Part shown: piece after piece, positions 36,525-50,423 of the stretch | Position numbering within the stretch: position 1 is the stretch's first letter | Layout: each line of letters opens with the position of its first letter | Assembly: GCA_030390025.1 (NCBI GenBank) | Contig: CM059432.1 | Location: forward strand, 147,996,001-148,060,000 | Length of the DNA stretch: 64,000 nucleotides | From: Squalus acanthias | Taxonomy: Eukaryota | Direction: 5' to 3' | Translations under genes and position numbers: made by a program | Notes under the pieces: model-generated | The model's input: the letters and a program-made list of their open reading frames with translations, nothing else | Told to the model about the DNA's origin: nothing | The model's database searches: none

Positions 36525-37700
36525 TTTTTTTTATTCATTCACGGGATGTGGGCGTCGCTGTCAAGGCCCATCCCTAATTGCCCTCGAGAAGGTGGTGGCC
36601 TTCTTGAACCGCTGCAGTCCGTGTGGTGAAGGTGCTCCCACAGTGCTGTTAGGGAGGGAGTTCCAGGATTTTGACCCAGCAACGATGAAGGAACGGCGAT
36701 ATATTTCCAAGTCAGGATGGTTTGTGACTTGGAGGGGAACTTGGAGGTGGTGGTGTTCCCTTGTGCCTGCTGCCCTTGTCCTTCTAGGTGGAAGAGTTCG
36801 CGGGTTTGGGAGGAGCTGTCGAAGAAGCCTTGGTGAGTTGCTGCAGTGCATCTTGTAGATGTACACACTGCAAGCATGGTGCACCGGTGGTGAAGGGAGT
36901 AAATGTTTAAGGTGCTGAATGGGTGCTCATCAAGTGGGCTGGCTTGTCCTGGATGGTGTCGAGCTTCTCGAGTGCTGTTGGAGCTGCACTCATCCAGGCA
37001 AGTGGAGAGTATTCCATCACACTCCTTACTTGGGCCTTGTAGATGGTGGAAAGGCTTTGGGGAGTCAGGAGGTGAGTCACTCGCTGCAGAATACCCAGAC
37101 TCTGACCTGCTGTTGTAGCCACTGTATTTATGTGGCTGGTTCAGTTAAGTTTCTGGTCAATAGTGACTTCAGGATGTTGATGTTGGAGGATTCGACGATG
37201 GTAATGCCATTGAATGTTAGGGGTAGGTGGTTAGACTTTCTCTTGTTGGAGATGATCATTGCCTGGCACTTATCAGCCCAAGTCTGAATGTCGTCCAGGT
37301 CTTGTTGCATGCGGGTGTGGACTGCTTCATTATCTGAGAAGTTGTGAATGGAACTGAATACTCTACAATCATCAGCGAACATCCCCATTTCTGACCTTAA
37401 GATGGAGGGAAGGTCATTGATGAAGCAGCTGAAGATGGTTTGGCCTAGGACTCTGCCCTGAGGAACTCCTGCAGCGATGTTCTGGGGCTGAGATGATTGG
37501 CCTCCAAAAACTACAACCACCTTCCTTTGTGCTAGGTATGATTCCAGCCAGTGGAGAGTTTTCCCCTTGATTCCCATTGACTTCAGTTTTACTCGGGCTC
37601 CTTGATGCCACACTCAGTCAAATGCTGCCTTGATGTCAAGGGCAGTCACTCTCACCTCACCTCTGAAATTCAGCTCTTTTGTCCATGTTTGGACCAACAC
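36525..37700 (-). mobile_element. CR1-group LINE (distinct family) RT and 3' end
   Basis: WHQG..KLKSMG, GVPQG, FINDL, FADD, IYKAQVRSVMEY, SWNSLP. A related 3' tail occurs at ~30775-31000. Confidence 0.85.
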
Positions 37701-38413
37701 TCCAGAGGTAACGGTGCGGGAGAGGGAAGAGAAGCCATTGCAGGTGATTCTCTGGTTATGACTGGATAGATAGGAATGGAACCAGGCGTGGACAGTCCCA
37801 CCCAGCTGGATGACAGAGAAGAGGCATTGGAGAAGGATGGAGAGGTCAACCGTGTCAAAGGCTGCACACAGGTTGAGAATGGTCAGGAGGGATAATCATT
37901 TCAGCCATGGGAGATGGTGTGATTGGTCGGACAGTGTGGACTGTGGGTTAGTGGGTGCAGACCTACATTCACCATGGCAGGCAGCTTTATTACTCTTAAT
38001 TGTCCATCTAATGTGTAACGGCTATGATCACCCTTTCTTAGCTTGTGCCCTCTTTCCTGCTGCAACAGGAGGCAGTGAAAGAAGATGATGAGGAGAAGAC
38101 ACCGGCAGTAAGAAATGTCCTCCTTGTAGACCACAATGCTGATCTGAGATGAGCTTGATTAGAATTATTATGGGAATCATGGCGAGAGCCTGCTTCATGT
38201 TTCTCTGCTGCAACCCCTCACTTTCACCCCATGTGTCAGTTCCTTCCTCATTCCCACACAGATAGTTTCACCCAGGGAAGCAGATAATCTAAGCATTGGG
38301 TTATACACAGTGCTTGGAAATCCAGACAAGTAAATGAGAAGTGGATGAGAATGCACCAGCCTCCCAGAGGGTACTGCAATTTGGGAACCAGCAACTTGAT
38401 AAAACTCAAAAGA

Positions 38414-41400
38414 GGGGGCGATTTTGGTCAAATGCTTTAGGTGTTAAAGAGCTTCTGAGGTGGCCAAGATGTGGTCTTAAACTGCAATGCCGATTTAGCC
38501 CGCGTTTAGCACAAGACGCCATCTTGGTAAATGAGTTGAAGCACGCGCTAAGAACGGCCGGCCTGATGATCGTTAAGGGGCTGATTTACAATTAAATTGC
38601 CTGCTAGCATGCATTGAAGAGGCTACACACCATTTTGGTGGGTAGCCCTTCAATTAACGACCTCTCCTAACAGCGATCAGCTGAACAGGAGTAAATAAGT
38701 TGTTGCTGAGGATTTTGAGCGTTACTTCAAGCCATGCTCAGCTTTCAGTGTCCACATGCTGATGGAGATCGGCTGACTACACTGCATTTGAGACACACTG
38801 GGAGGCCTTCTGGGACACTTTGTCAAGCCTTCACAAACACTCTATCAACATTTTTCCCAGATATTCTCTCAGGGCTTCACCTAAAAAGAGTGAGAGCTGT
38901 GCTACTCTAGTTTATAGGAGTCACCAGGACATAGGGAGTGCTGGGTCATGGGCATCTTGCTAGGGGTCCCACTTGGTCTGCAGGAGGAATGGGAGGAGGA
39001 GCTGAGGGCAGGCAGAGCAGCACCAGCTGCTGCAGGAGAGAGGGACAGGAAGGATAGGAGGGCGAGGAGAGCTCTCAGCAGGAGTCTTCAGAGAGCACAG
39101 GGTATACATTCGATGGCTTAGCGCTGGCTGTTAATGGCCCATTTTGTAGAAAAAAAGGCGGCTGCCTCGCTTCTGCCTGCTTCAGGCACGAGACCACAGT
39201 GGCCGCCATTTTGGTAAGGGCCATAGCGATGACATTGACATTGTGGCCTCTAAAATGTAAATTCGCAGATCATGACGTCAATCGGCGTGCAACGCCTGAC
39301 TCGACGCCACAGCTGCTAATGTTGCTCACCATTGTGCTGTGTCCTAACCACACATAGAAAAGTGTGCATGAAGTAGCCCTGCTGTGAGTGCATCTGAAAG
39401 GGACACACACACACATCTTTCGGGTAAGTTTGGATTTAAGCTTTTGGACTGTTTTTTAAAAAATATTTTATTGAAGTAGTGGCTTAGTGCAATAGATTTT
39501 AAAAGTTTTTAACGTGTGCAGGGAGTGCAGGGATTGCTGCTGGACACCTGCAAGACTTCGGATGGTAAAAGAAGGCCTCTGGGAAGAGGAAGATGCAGAA
39601 GGAAGGATGCATCCCAAACAGCCCCTTTCTGGCCGGGATATCCAGGATCGAATCGTCCGCCAGCAGTACCAGAGACCACAACCCCAATTCCCCTTTCAAC
39701 ATTAGTCCCACACCTTACCTTCCCTCTGTTACTGACCATCACAGTGTCCTCTTGGCCACAATACTGAAATAAAAGCCACCACAAAGCAAACTTTCCAATC
39801 CAACTTTATCCATATATGCATTCAATATGACATCAAGAAATTAACTAATCACCCTTGTCCATTCCCTTAGTGACCGACTTGTGTGTGCCTTTGCCTATCC
39901 TACTGATGTCACGCAGTGCTACCCCTGCAACATGGCTGATGGAAGGCTGCTGACTTCCAGTGGGGGACACTGCAAATGGCCTTCCAGGACGACCTCGAGG
40001 AGCTGGTGGCTGGGAGTGTGAAATCAAGTGATGGTGTTTCTTCTTCTTCTTCTTCTTCTTCTTCTTCTTCTTCTTCTTCTTCACTCTCCTCTCCCTCTTC
40101 CTGGTCAACCATTGGCTGGGCAGGCTGCATTTCTTGGGTGTCTGAAATGAGGTAGGCACAAGGGTAGGGTTGTGGTGAGGGGAGGGCGGGAAAGCTAGAG
40201 GTGCATGCTTACACCATGTGCACCTTGTAAATCAGAAGATATTGTGGGATGAGGGGGAAGTGGGATGTGAAAAGGAGGGTAACGTATGAGGATACCAGCA
40301 GCTTGTATGCTTTCAGCCCCGCCGCTGGCCAAGGGCTCAGCCATGCTCCTGCCAAGAATGGCCAGCACCGTCTCCTCCAAAGGGGTGAGGTGAAGCTATG
40401 AATGTGAGGTGTGCCTCGTGATTGGTACAGATTGTTGGTAGGTGAGTGATTGGGGGGGGGGGGGGCGGTGGTGGTTGTGCATTGAGCAGTGTGTGAGGCT
40501 AGTGGTGCAGTTGGTAGGAGACAGCTTTTGAAGATGCATTCACTGACTTTGACCACTGGTCTGAGGTCATGAATCTTCTTCAGGCACTGGAGCCAGGTCC
40601 TGGGGGGGCGACACTGCTGGCAGTGACGGCCTCGGTAATCTGGTCCCACATCGTTCTTTCAGGAGAGCCTCCTGGCCCCCTGTGGGTAGAGGGCCTGTCC
40701 TGCAGTATTGACCCCCTGCACAAAGCTGGAGTGCTGCGTGCAAGACCCTGGGTGCACCTTCTCTGGCTTGCTGAGCCATTTGTGTTAGTGCTGAAGCACT
40801 TTTACCATTTTTTGTATGTGTCGAAGGCAGTTCAGCTTTAAGAGCTGAAGACTGCCATTTCGGAATTATTTTTAATTTTTATTTTTTTCAGAAGGTAGTT
40901 GAGCTCTAACAGCTTAAGACTGCCTAATTTTAAATGATTTTTATTTTTTTTCATTTTAGAAGGCAGTTCCCCTTTAAGGAATCGACACTGCTTTCTAAAA
41001 TGACAGGCTAGCTTTAAGACAATGCTGCCTCGCTCCAGGGACGCTATGGCCACAGTACATTGGGCCCCCTGCTGAGACTACCCGAAACACCGCGTCACAC
41101 AGTAGGTTTTGCGCTGCGCTAATTTAAATCTGCAGGTGGCACCAAAATACCAGTGCTGCCTGCACTCTTTTTGCAGGCGGCCGTTAACCTTGGCCCACGG
41201 TGGCACCGGCTGTTTCTCGGTCGAATCGAATTCCTAGGTCCACTACTCCTACATTCACATGACCCAAGACGAGGAAGCTGCTCTTTACCAAGGAGGTCGT
41301 CGCAAAGATCTGTGGCCAGGACTGCATTGCCTCTGGCCGTCAAGGTCACAGCATTGATTAATTTTTATACTAAAAAGAAAAAGAAAGAAAGAAAGACTTG

Positions 41401-42058
41401 CATTTATATAGCGCCTTTCATGACCACCGGACGTCTCAAAGCACTTTACAGCCAATGAAGTACTTTCGAAGTGGAGTCACTGTTGTAATGTGCTACTGGA
41501 ACCTTGCAGGCTGCCATAGGTGATATAAGTCACGTCTCATAATCCTCTGTGCATTTCTACATAAGAGAGTTTTCTGCGGCTCTATACGCTCTGAGGAATG
41601 ATTGTATATCATTCCCTATTGACCAGAGGCAGAGAGCTCTGGGGTTCGACAGGATTGTGGGATTCCCCATGGTCCAGGGAGCCATTGACTGTACACATGT
41701 GGCCATGTGAGCCCCACATTTTTAACTCGGAGGTGTTCAGGAGCAGGAAGGGATTCCATTCCCTCAACGTACAGCTTGTCTGCGGCCACCGGCTCCGCAT
41801 CATGCCGGTGAACGCCTGCTATCCAGGGAGCTGCCACGAGGAGTCTATAATGAGACAGTCATCCGCCCCACAGATCTCTGAGCCCCAGTGCAATGTGCAT
41901 GGCTGGCTAGGTGACCAGGGATATCCTCTGCTGCCATGGCTCATGACTCCCCTGAGAAACCCCCAGACACCAGCTGAGCACCCATACAGTGAGAGCCACT
42001 CGGCCACCAGGAATATCCGACCATTAGGGTCCTGAAACAGAGGCTTCGATGTCTTGGA
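38414..42058 (+). mobile_element. Harbinger left end + decayed transposase, split by a nested element and a SINE tail
   Basis: GGGGGCGATTTTGG start; VFREH|YSY junction across 39099-41240; RKGFHSLNVQLVC, YPGSCHE, GDQGYPLLPWLMTP. Confidence 0.8.
39099..41240. mobile_element. Nested non-autonomous Harbinger derivative (Myb/SANT remnant on -, with (CTT)n at ~40037-40082)
   Basis: CAC TSD at 39096-39098 and 41241-41243; decayed TIRs sharing ATTCGAT; MAQQAREGAPR.. and MEETVLAILG.. remnants. Confidence 0.78.
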
Positions 42059-42354
42059 CTAAATATTGGAAGAGGCCCGGGATGCGCGATCAACATGCGC
42101 CCGTTCCTTCCGATTCAGGCAGCACACAAACTTTGTGCTGCTTGTTCATTTAAATAATAGTAACCTGCAGCCCAGTGCTGAAGGCGCTGCTGAGTGGCTG
42201 AGGGGCCCAAGTTTGTGCAAGGCTCGCACCACTTAAAGCTACCCTGTAATACTTAACTGCAGCCTTGCACCTCTTAAAGGGAAGGTGCCTTCTCACTGCA
42301 GCAAGTGCTGGAAATGGCTGGGGAAGAGAGTGTGAGCAAGAAGAAGACGTACTG

Positions 42355-45300
42355 TTGGCGCAACAGGGCAGAGAGAGGGCTCCAAGATTCTCTGACGCAG
42401 CACTGGAGGTGTTGGTACAGAAGGTGGACAGGAGGAGAGAGGTCCTCGATCCACAGGGGGCCAGGAGGCCCTCCAGACAAACTCTGAGAAGGCAATGGGA
42501 GCAGATAGCCATCGCTGTCAATGCCAGCAGTGTAGCCCCGAGGACCTGATGCAGTGCCGCACGGAGTTTAAAGACGAGTAGTCAAGGTCAGTGAATTCAT
42601 CCTCAAATGCCATATCCTACCAACTGCACCACGAGGCTCACACACTGCTCAATTCAACACCCACCTTCTCTCGCCTACCAACAATCTCTATCAATCACGA
42701 CTCATACCTCACATTCATAGCTTCACCTCACCATCACACACCACACTCTTAGCACCGCTGCAAGCCTTACATCCACATCTCACAGCTTGCACACACTGCC
42801 AGCTATTCCACCATGACAGGCACATCACCCAAACACATTGCACCACACTCACTGACACACTTCACCCAAACACATTGCACCACACTCACTGACACACACA
42901 TCACCCAAACACATTGCACCACACTCACTGACACACACATCACCCAAACACATTGCACCACACTCACTGACTCACTTCACCCAAACACATTGCACCACAC
43001 TCACTGACTCACTTCACCCAAACACATTACACCACACTCACTGACACACATCACCCAAACACATTGCACCACACTCACTGACACACACATCACCCAAACA
43101 CATTGCACCACACTCACTGACTCACTTCACCCAAACACATTGCACCACACTCACTGACACACTTCACCCAAACACATTGCACCACACTCACTGACACACA
43201 CATCACCCAAACACATTGCACCACACTCACTGACTCACTTCACCCAAACACATTACACCACACTCACTGACACACTTCACCCAAACACATTGCACCACAC
43301 TCACTGACACACACATCACCCAAACACATTGCACCACACTCACTGACACACACATCACCCAAATACATTGCAGCACACTCACTGACACACTTCACCCAAT
43401 CACATTGCACCACACTCACTGACACACATCACCCAAACACATTGCACCACACTCACTGACACACATCACCCAAACACATTGCACCACACTCACTGACACA
43501 CACATCACCCAAACACATTGCACCACACTCACTGACACACTTCACCCAAACACATTGCACCACACTCACTGACACACACATCACCCAAATACATTGCACC
43601 ACACTCACTGACACACTTCACCCAAACACATTGCACCACACTCACTGACACACACTTCACCCAAACACATTGCACCACACTCACTGACACACATCACCCA
43701 AATACATTGCACCACACTCACTGACACACATCACCCAAATACATTGCACCACACTCACTGACACACACATCACCCAAATACATTGCACCACACTCACTGA
43801 CACACTTCACCCAAACACATTGCACCACACTCACTGACACACATCACCCAAACACATTGCACCACACTCACTGATACACACATCACCCAAACACATTGCA
43901 CCACACTCACTGACACACACATCACCCAAATACATTGCAGCACACTCACTGACACTCTTCACCCAATCACATTGCACCACACTCACTGACACACACATCA
44001 CCCAAATACATTGCACCACACTCACTGACACACATCACCCAAACACATTGCACCACACTCACTGACACACACATCACCCAAACACATTGCACCACACTCA
44101 CTGACACACTTCACCCAAACACATTGCACCACACTCACTGACACACTTCACCCAAACACATTGCACCCACTCATCGCCCAAACACATTGCACCACACTCA
44201 CTGACACACACATCACCCAAATACAATGCAGCACACTCACTGACACTCTTCACCCAATCACATTGCACCACACTCACTGACACACACATCACCCAAATAC
44301 ATTGCACCACACTCACTGACACACACATCACCCAAACACATTGCACCACACTCACTGACACACACATCACCCAAACTCATTGCACCACACTCACTGACAC
44401 ACTTCACCCAAACACATTGCACCACACTCACTGACACACTTCACCCAAACACATTGCACCACACTCACTGACACACACATCACCCAAATACATTGCACCA
44501 CACTCACTGACACACTTCACCCAAACACATTGCACCACACTCACTGACACACACTTCACCCAAACACATTGCACCACACTCACTGACACACATCACCCAA
44601 ATACATTGCACCACACTCACTGACACACATCACCCAAATACATTGCACCACACTCACTGACACACACATCACCCAAATACATTGCACCACACTCACTGAC
44701 ACACACATCACCCAAACACATTGCACCACACTCACTGACACACACATCACCCAAATACATTGCACCACACTCACTGACACACACATCACCCAAACACATT
44801 GCACCACACTCACTGACACTCTTCACCCAATCACATTGCACCACACTCACTGACACACACATCACCCAAATACATTGCACCACACTCACTGACACACACA
44901 TCACCCAAATACATTGCACCACACTCACTGACACACTTCACCCAAACACATTGCACCACACTCACTGACACACACTTCACCCAAACACATTGCACCACAC
45001 TCACTGACACACATCACCCAAACACATTGCACCACACTCACTGACACACACTTCACCCAAACACATTGCACCACACTCACTGACACACATCACCCAAACA
45101 CATTGCACCACACTCACTGACACACACTTCACCCAAACACATTGCACCACACTCACTGACACACATCACCCAAATACATTGCACCACACTCACTGACACA
45201 CACATCACCCAAACACTTTCCACCACACTCACTGACACACATCACCCAAACACATTGCACCACACTCACTGACACACACATCACCCAAACACATTGCACC

Positions 45301-45495
45301 ACACTCACTGACACACTTCCCTCTCCCTTGCAGGATAAGGTAGCTCATAACCAGTCGCAGCGGGGGCTACCCGCAGGGAGACAGGAGCGCCTGTTTGACC
45401 TAACCCCCATGGAGGAGACAGTGCTGGAGATTATTGGAGTGGTCATCGCTGAGCCCATGGTCAGCGGCGTGGCTGAAAAAATCCAAGATGATGGA
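42355..45495 (+). pseudogene. Harbinger Myb/SANT gene remnant: exon 1 (42355-42586), minisatellite-expanded intron, exon 2 (from 45334)
   Basis: RERAPRFSDAALEVLV..WEQIAIAVN; donor AAG|GTCAGT; acceptor CCCTTGCAG|GATAAG; DKVAHN..LTPMEETVLEIIG. Confidence 0.8.
42821..45316. repeat. Minisatellite, 35-37 bp unit, roughly 70 copies
   Basis: Unit CA(T/C)TCACCCAAA(C/T)ACATTGCACCACACTCACTGACACA(CA)-like, tandem over ~2.5 kb. Confidence 0.97.
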
Positions 45496-45595
45496 ATCCT
45501 CATCCCTAATCCTGCTTCTCACATCCCACTTGCCCTCATCCCATAATCTCTTCTGATTTACAAGCTGCACATGGTGTAAGCATGCACCTCTTGCA

Positions 45596-47330
45596 CATTC
45601 CAGAAATAGTGGGGAACCACGGGTCTAGTGAGAATGAGGAACTTAAAGAAATTAGTATTAGTATTAGTGAAAAAATAGCACTGGAGAAATTAATGGGACT
45701 AAAAGCTAACAAATCCCCTGGACCTGATGGCCTACATCCTAGGGTTTTAAGAGAGGTGGCTACAGAGATAGTGAATGTATTGGTTTTGATCTTCCAGAAT
45801 TCCCTAGATTCCAGAATGGTCCCCATGGATTGGAAGGTAGCAAATGTAACACCGCTATTCAAGAAAGGAGGGAAAGAGAAAACAGGGAACTACAGGCCAG
45901 TTAGCCTGACATCAGTAGGAGGAAAAATACTAGAATCTATTATTAGGGACATGGTAACAGGGCTCTTAGAAAATCATAATATGATTGGGCAAAGTCAACA
46001 CAGAATTAAGAAGGGGAAGTCGTGTTTGACAAATCTGTTAGAGTTTTTGAATTTGTAACTAACAGGGTAGATTAGGAGGAACCAGTGGATGTAGTATATT
46101 AGCATGGATTAAGGATTGGTTAACGGACAGAAAACAGAGAGTAGGAATAAACAGGTTATTTTCGGGTTGGCAGGCTGTAACTAGTGGGGTACCGCAAGGA
46201 TCAGCTATGTACAATCTATATTAATGGCTTAGATGAGGGGACTGAATGTAATGTATCCAAGTTTGCTGATGATACAAAGCTAGGTGGGAAAGTAAGTTGT
46301 GAGGAGGACGCAAATAGGTTAAATGAGTGGGCAAGAACATGGCAGATGGAATATAACGTGGAGAAATGTGAAGTTATCCCCTTCGGTAGAAAAATAGAAA
46401 AGCAGAATATTTTTTAAATGGTGAGAGATTGGGAAATGTTGGTATTCAGAGGGGCCTGGCTGTCCTTGTACATGAATCACTGAAAGTTAACATCCAGGTA
46501 CAGAAAGCAATTAGGAAAGCAAATGGTATAGAATCATAGAATCATAGAAATTTACAGCACAGAAGGAGGCCATTCGGCCCATCTTGTCCGTGTCAGCCGA
46601 CCGAGAGCTATCCACCCTAATCCCACTTTCCAGCACTTGGTTCGTATCCTTGTAGATTACGGCTTTTTAAGTGCCCACCCAAGTACTTTTTAAATGTGAT
46701 GAGGGTCTCTGCCTCTACCATCCTTTCAGGCAGTGAGTTCCAGACCCCCACCACCCTCTGGGTGAAAAGATTTCTCCTTAAATCCCCTCTAAACCTCCTA
46801 CCAATTACTTTAAATCTGTGCCCCCTGGTTATTGACCCCTCTGCTAAGGGAAATAGGTCCTTCCTATCCACTCTATCTAGGCCCCTCATAATTTTATACA
46901 CCTCAATTAGGTCTCCCCTCAGCCTCCTCTGTTCCAAAGAAAACAACCCCAGCCTATCCAGTCTTGCCTCATAGCTAAAATTCCCCAGCCCAGGCAACAT
47001 CCTCGTAAATCTCCTCTGCACCCCCTCTAGTGCAATCACATCCTTCCTGCAATGTGGTGACCAGAACTGCACGCAGTATTCTAGCTGCGGCCTAACTAGT
47101 ATGAAAGGATTGGAGTATAAGAGTAAAGAAGTCTTACTGCAATAGGACCTTGGTGAGACCACACCTGGAGTACTGTGTACAGTTTTGGTCTCCTTACCTA
47201 AGGAAGGATGTACTTGCCTTAGGGGGAGTGCAATGAAGATTCACCAGACTGAATCCTGGGATGGGTGGATTGTCCTATGCGGAGGGATTGAGGTGACTAG
47301 GAATATACAGGAACATAGGAACATAGGATC
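45596..47330 (+). mobile_element. CR1 RT fragment with a nested antisense CR1 3' end (46528-47100)
   Basis: KSPGPDGLHPRVL, NYRPVSLTS, KFADD; nested minus copy ends SAGKWD + (TTCTATGA)n. Confidence 0.9.
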
Positions 47331-47334
47331 AGGA

Positions 47335-48158
47335 CTTTGCTATGTAATATTGGATGGTTTGATTTGTAAATTTGGTTTGGAATGCTTGTTTTGTGGTGGC
47401 TTTTATTGTAGCATTGTGGCCAAGAGAATGTTGTGATAATCAGTGACAGAGGGAATGTAAGGTGTGTGATGCATCCCATGTTTGAAGAGCTGTGAGATGT
47501 GTCTGAGGTGTGAGTAGTGCCTGTGAAGGATGTAATAGCGTGGGCTGTGTGAATATCAGTTTATAGTTAGATGGTGGATGCAGTGTGCTGAGATTATGAT
47601 GTTAGGGGTGGTGCAGTTATTGAGAAGTGCGTTTGTGAGATGGGTTCTTACCTTGACCACTCGTGTCAAGTCATTACATTTCTTGTGGCACTGGAGCCAT
47701 GTCCAGGGGCCAGGGCTCCTGGCTATGACCTCCAGGGCGATCTCCACCCACATGCGCTGCAGCAGCTGCCCCTGTGGCCTCCTTTCCCCCTGCAGGTAGA
47801 GGACATCCCACCTCCTCTGTACCTCCTCACCATGTCCTCCATTGCTGCATCAGAGGCCCTGGGCGCCCTCCCTCTAGCTCCTTGTGACATCTTCCACTCC
47901 CAGCCAGCGCACTTCACACCTTCAGTGGAAGTGGGTGAGTGCAGGCTACATATACAGCTCCAGGAAAATTGCGTCCAATCAGTGCTTGAGTGCTAAACCT
48001 GCAGTTGTCGGTTTCAGTGCCTGCAGGCAAGTTCAAATCATGATAATCATCAATTAGCCCGAAAATTGCGTGCTAAATCCAGACTTTCAAGCCGGCGTTT
48101 CTTATTAACACAGCGCCCATTTAGCGCCTGTTTTCACCCCTTGGCCAAAATAACCAGC
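47335..48158 (-). mobile_element. Harbinger right end with Myb/SANT exon remnant
   Basis: RGRAPRASDAAMEDMV..WVEIALEV..QCHKKCNDLTRVVK|GTAAGA; TIR-like end near 48158. Confidence 0.7.
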
Positions 48159-48451
48159 TATGGCTTTATCATGCTGCTGCCTGAAATTTATAACAAACCA
48201 AATGAACTGCCCTGCTGTCCTAAGAATACTATCAGTGACTTGATGGATGTTGCCCAGCACCCTGCATGATATCGCACAGATACCCCACGGCTCGAATTGA
48301 GCTGGTAGCTGTGGTAACTTTTATTGGCACAGGCAGGGCTGTCTGGGCAGATGATCTTGGCTACAGGTCCTCAAGCGAAAGGTGGCACAGCTCTCCGACA
48401 GCTGGCTTAGTGAAACACAATCTTCTCACACGGAGCTCCAACTTCACGCGA

Positions 48452-49635
48452 ATATACAAAAATGTTGGACAGGAAAAGGCCAGCTGGTCCATCTAGCCTG
48501 TCCCATGCCGTTCTGATGCCTTGTGCATCATGTCAAGATACTGCTTGCCCCCTAGGTGCCATGCAGTCTCCTGTGAGAGACGAAAAACCAGATCAAAAAC
48601 CCAATGTCAATTAGGAAAAAAAATCTGGAAAATTCTTCTCTGAATCCTCCAGGTGATCAAAACTAGTCCAGGAGACCACATTGACCATGACTTATGTTAT
48701 TTGACGCCTAACTCTTGTATGATGAGATCTCCGCCCCAGCCCGTAACTGGTCCAGTTCTGTCGTGAAGGTATACATTGAATCAGCACTCACTGCACAAGC
48801 TGCCTACTTGTTCCATAGGTCTACTATTCTCTTGGAAAAGAAGAACCGCCTAACCTCTAACATATTTCTTCCTTTGCCTAATTTATATGCATGACCCCTG
48901 GTCCTCCCTAACCTATCTAAATGAAATAATTTGTCAACGTGTAAACAATCTAGTCCTTTCATTATTTTATAGACCTAAATCAAATCGCCCTTGGGTCTAT
49001 GCTTCTCTAATGCGTATAGACTCAACTCTTTAAAAATGTCTAGGCAGCTGAAGTGTTTTAAACTGGGAATCATTCTTATAGAGCTCCTCTGACCCTTTTC
49101 CAAAGCCTTTATCACCCATCATGTGAGGGGACCAAAACTGGACACAGTGTTCTTAATGAGGCTTAACCAAAGTCTTTTAGAAGGAAAAAATGGTATGTTT
49201 CATTTTTAATGGATAGTGCTGTAAATGCAACCAAGTATCCTATTTGCTTTTATAGCTTCACGGCATTGGTCATGAACATTTAGAGAGTTATGAAGCGAAG
49301 ATCTTTTGCTTTCATTCAGTTCTGTTCCTTGTAAGGTGCAAGTAGGCTTCGTGTTCATTCTGCCCACATGCATATGCCCACTGTACTTCTCCAAGTTAAA
49401 TGAGATTTGCCAAATATGGGCCCATTCCCGCAACACATCAAGACGTGCTTGCAATCGTTTAGTCTCCTCCACAGTCCTAACACCTGCACAAATCCTTGTA
49501 TCATCCACAAACCTGTGGAATATTCCCTAAACACCTTCATCTAGGTCATTAATATCGATAGCAAAGAGCAAAGGCCCGAACACCGATCCCTACGGGACAC
49601 CACTAGTAACCGGTCTCCAAGCAGATTCAGAGCCA
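48452..49635 (-). mobile_element. CR1 3' portion (same family as 4413-8145)
   Basis: Similar 3' UTR to 4413-4900; FVDDTRI..WQISFN RT region. Confidence 0.8.
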
Positions 49636-49978
49636 TTGATTTTCTTTATCTAGTATAGCAGCTTCCTATTTATTCCACAAGATTCTATCTTGTGGAGTAA
49701 CCTATTGTTCCTTTAGATTGGAAAATTGCACAAGTCACTCCGCTATTTAAGAAATGTGAGAGAGGGAAACCAGGGAATTGCAGATCAGTTAACCTAACAT
49801 CTGTTGTCAGGAAATTACTAGAGTCTAAAATTAAGGATAGAGTGACGGAACACCTTGACAATTTTCAGCTGATCAGAGAGAGCCAGCATGGATTTGTAAA
49901 GGGTAGGTCATGCTTGACAAACCTGATTGAATTTTTTGAAGAGGTGACTGAAATAGTGAACAGGAAATGTCTATGGAT

Positions 49979-50423
49979 TAAAAACAGAAAATGCTGGAGA
50001 TACTCAGCAGGTCAGACAGCATCTATGGAGAGAGAAACAGAGTTAATGTTTCAGGTCGATGACCCTTCGTCAGGACTGGAAAAATTTTGAGATGGAAGAG
50101 GTTTTTAAGCAAGTGTAGGGGGCAGGGAAAGGGGGGAGGGGAGGAAAGAACAAAAGGGAAGGTCTGTGATAGGATCGAAGGCAGAAGAGATTAAGAGACA
50201 AAAGGGATGATGGTGCAAGGCAAAAGGAGATGGTAATGGGACAGGTTAAGAAACAAAGGATGACTCTAGATGAAGTGTAAATGGCAATGGCAGGATGATC
50301 AACAGTTGCCAAGTGAAAGAGAGAAAAAAATGATAGGGGCAGAGGTTATGGTCTGAAATTGTTTCCAGCATTTTCTGTTTTTATTTCAGATTTCCAGCAT
50401 CTGCAGTATTTTGCTTTTGTATT
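49979..50423. mobile_element. PLE family A: inverted pLTR segment (49979-~50362, -) plus ~60 bp forward 3' end
   Basis: AATGTCTATGGAT TSD at 49966-49978 and 50424-50436. Confidence 0.85.
50041..50077 (-). ncRNA. Hammerhead motif, partly decayed (family A)
   Basis: rc AGTC-CTGACGA-A-GGGTC/ATC/GACCT-GAAACATT-AACT; stem III palindrome broken by a CpG-type change. Confidence 0.65.

Noticed and set aside
39845..40159. Poly-Lys ORF
   Set aside because: Alternative frame of a (GAA)n expansion in the acidic linker of a Harbinger Myb remnant.
42821..45316. CRISPR-like array or repetitive Cys/Val protein ORFs
   Set aside because: Units are head-to-tail with no unique spacers, there are no cas genes and the context is eukaryotic; the ORFs are by-products of the repeat.
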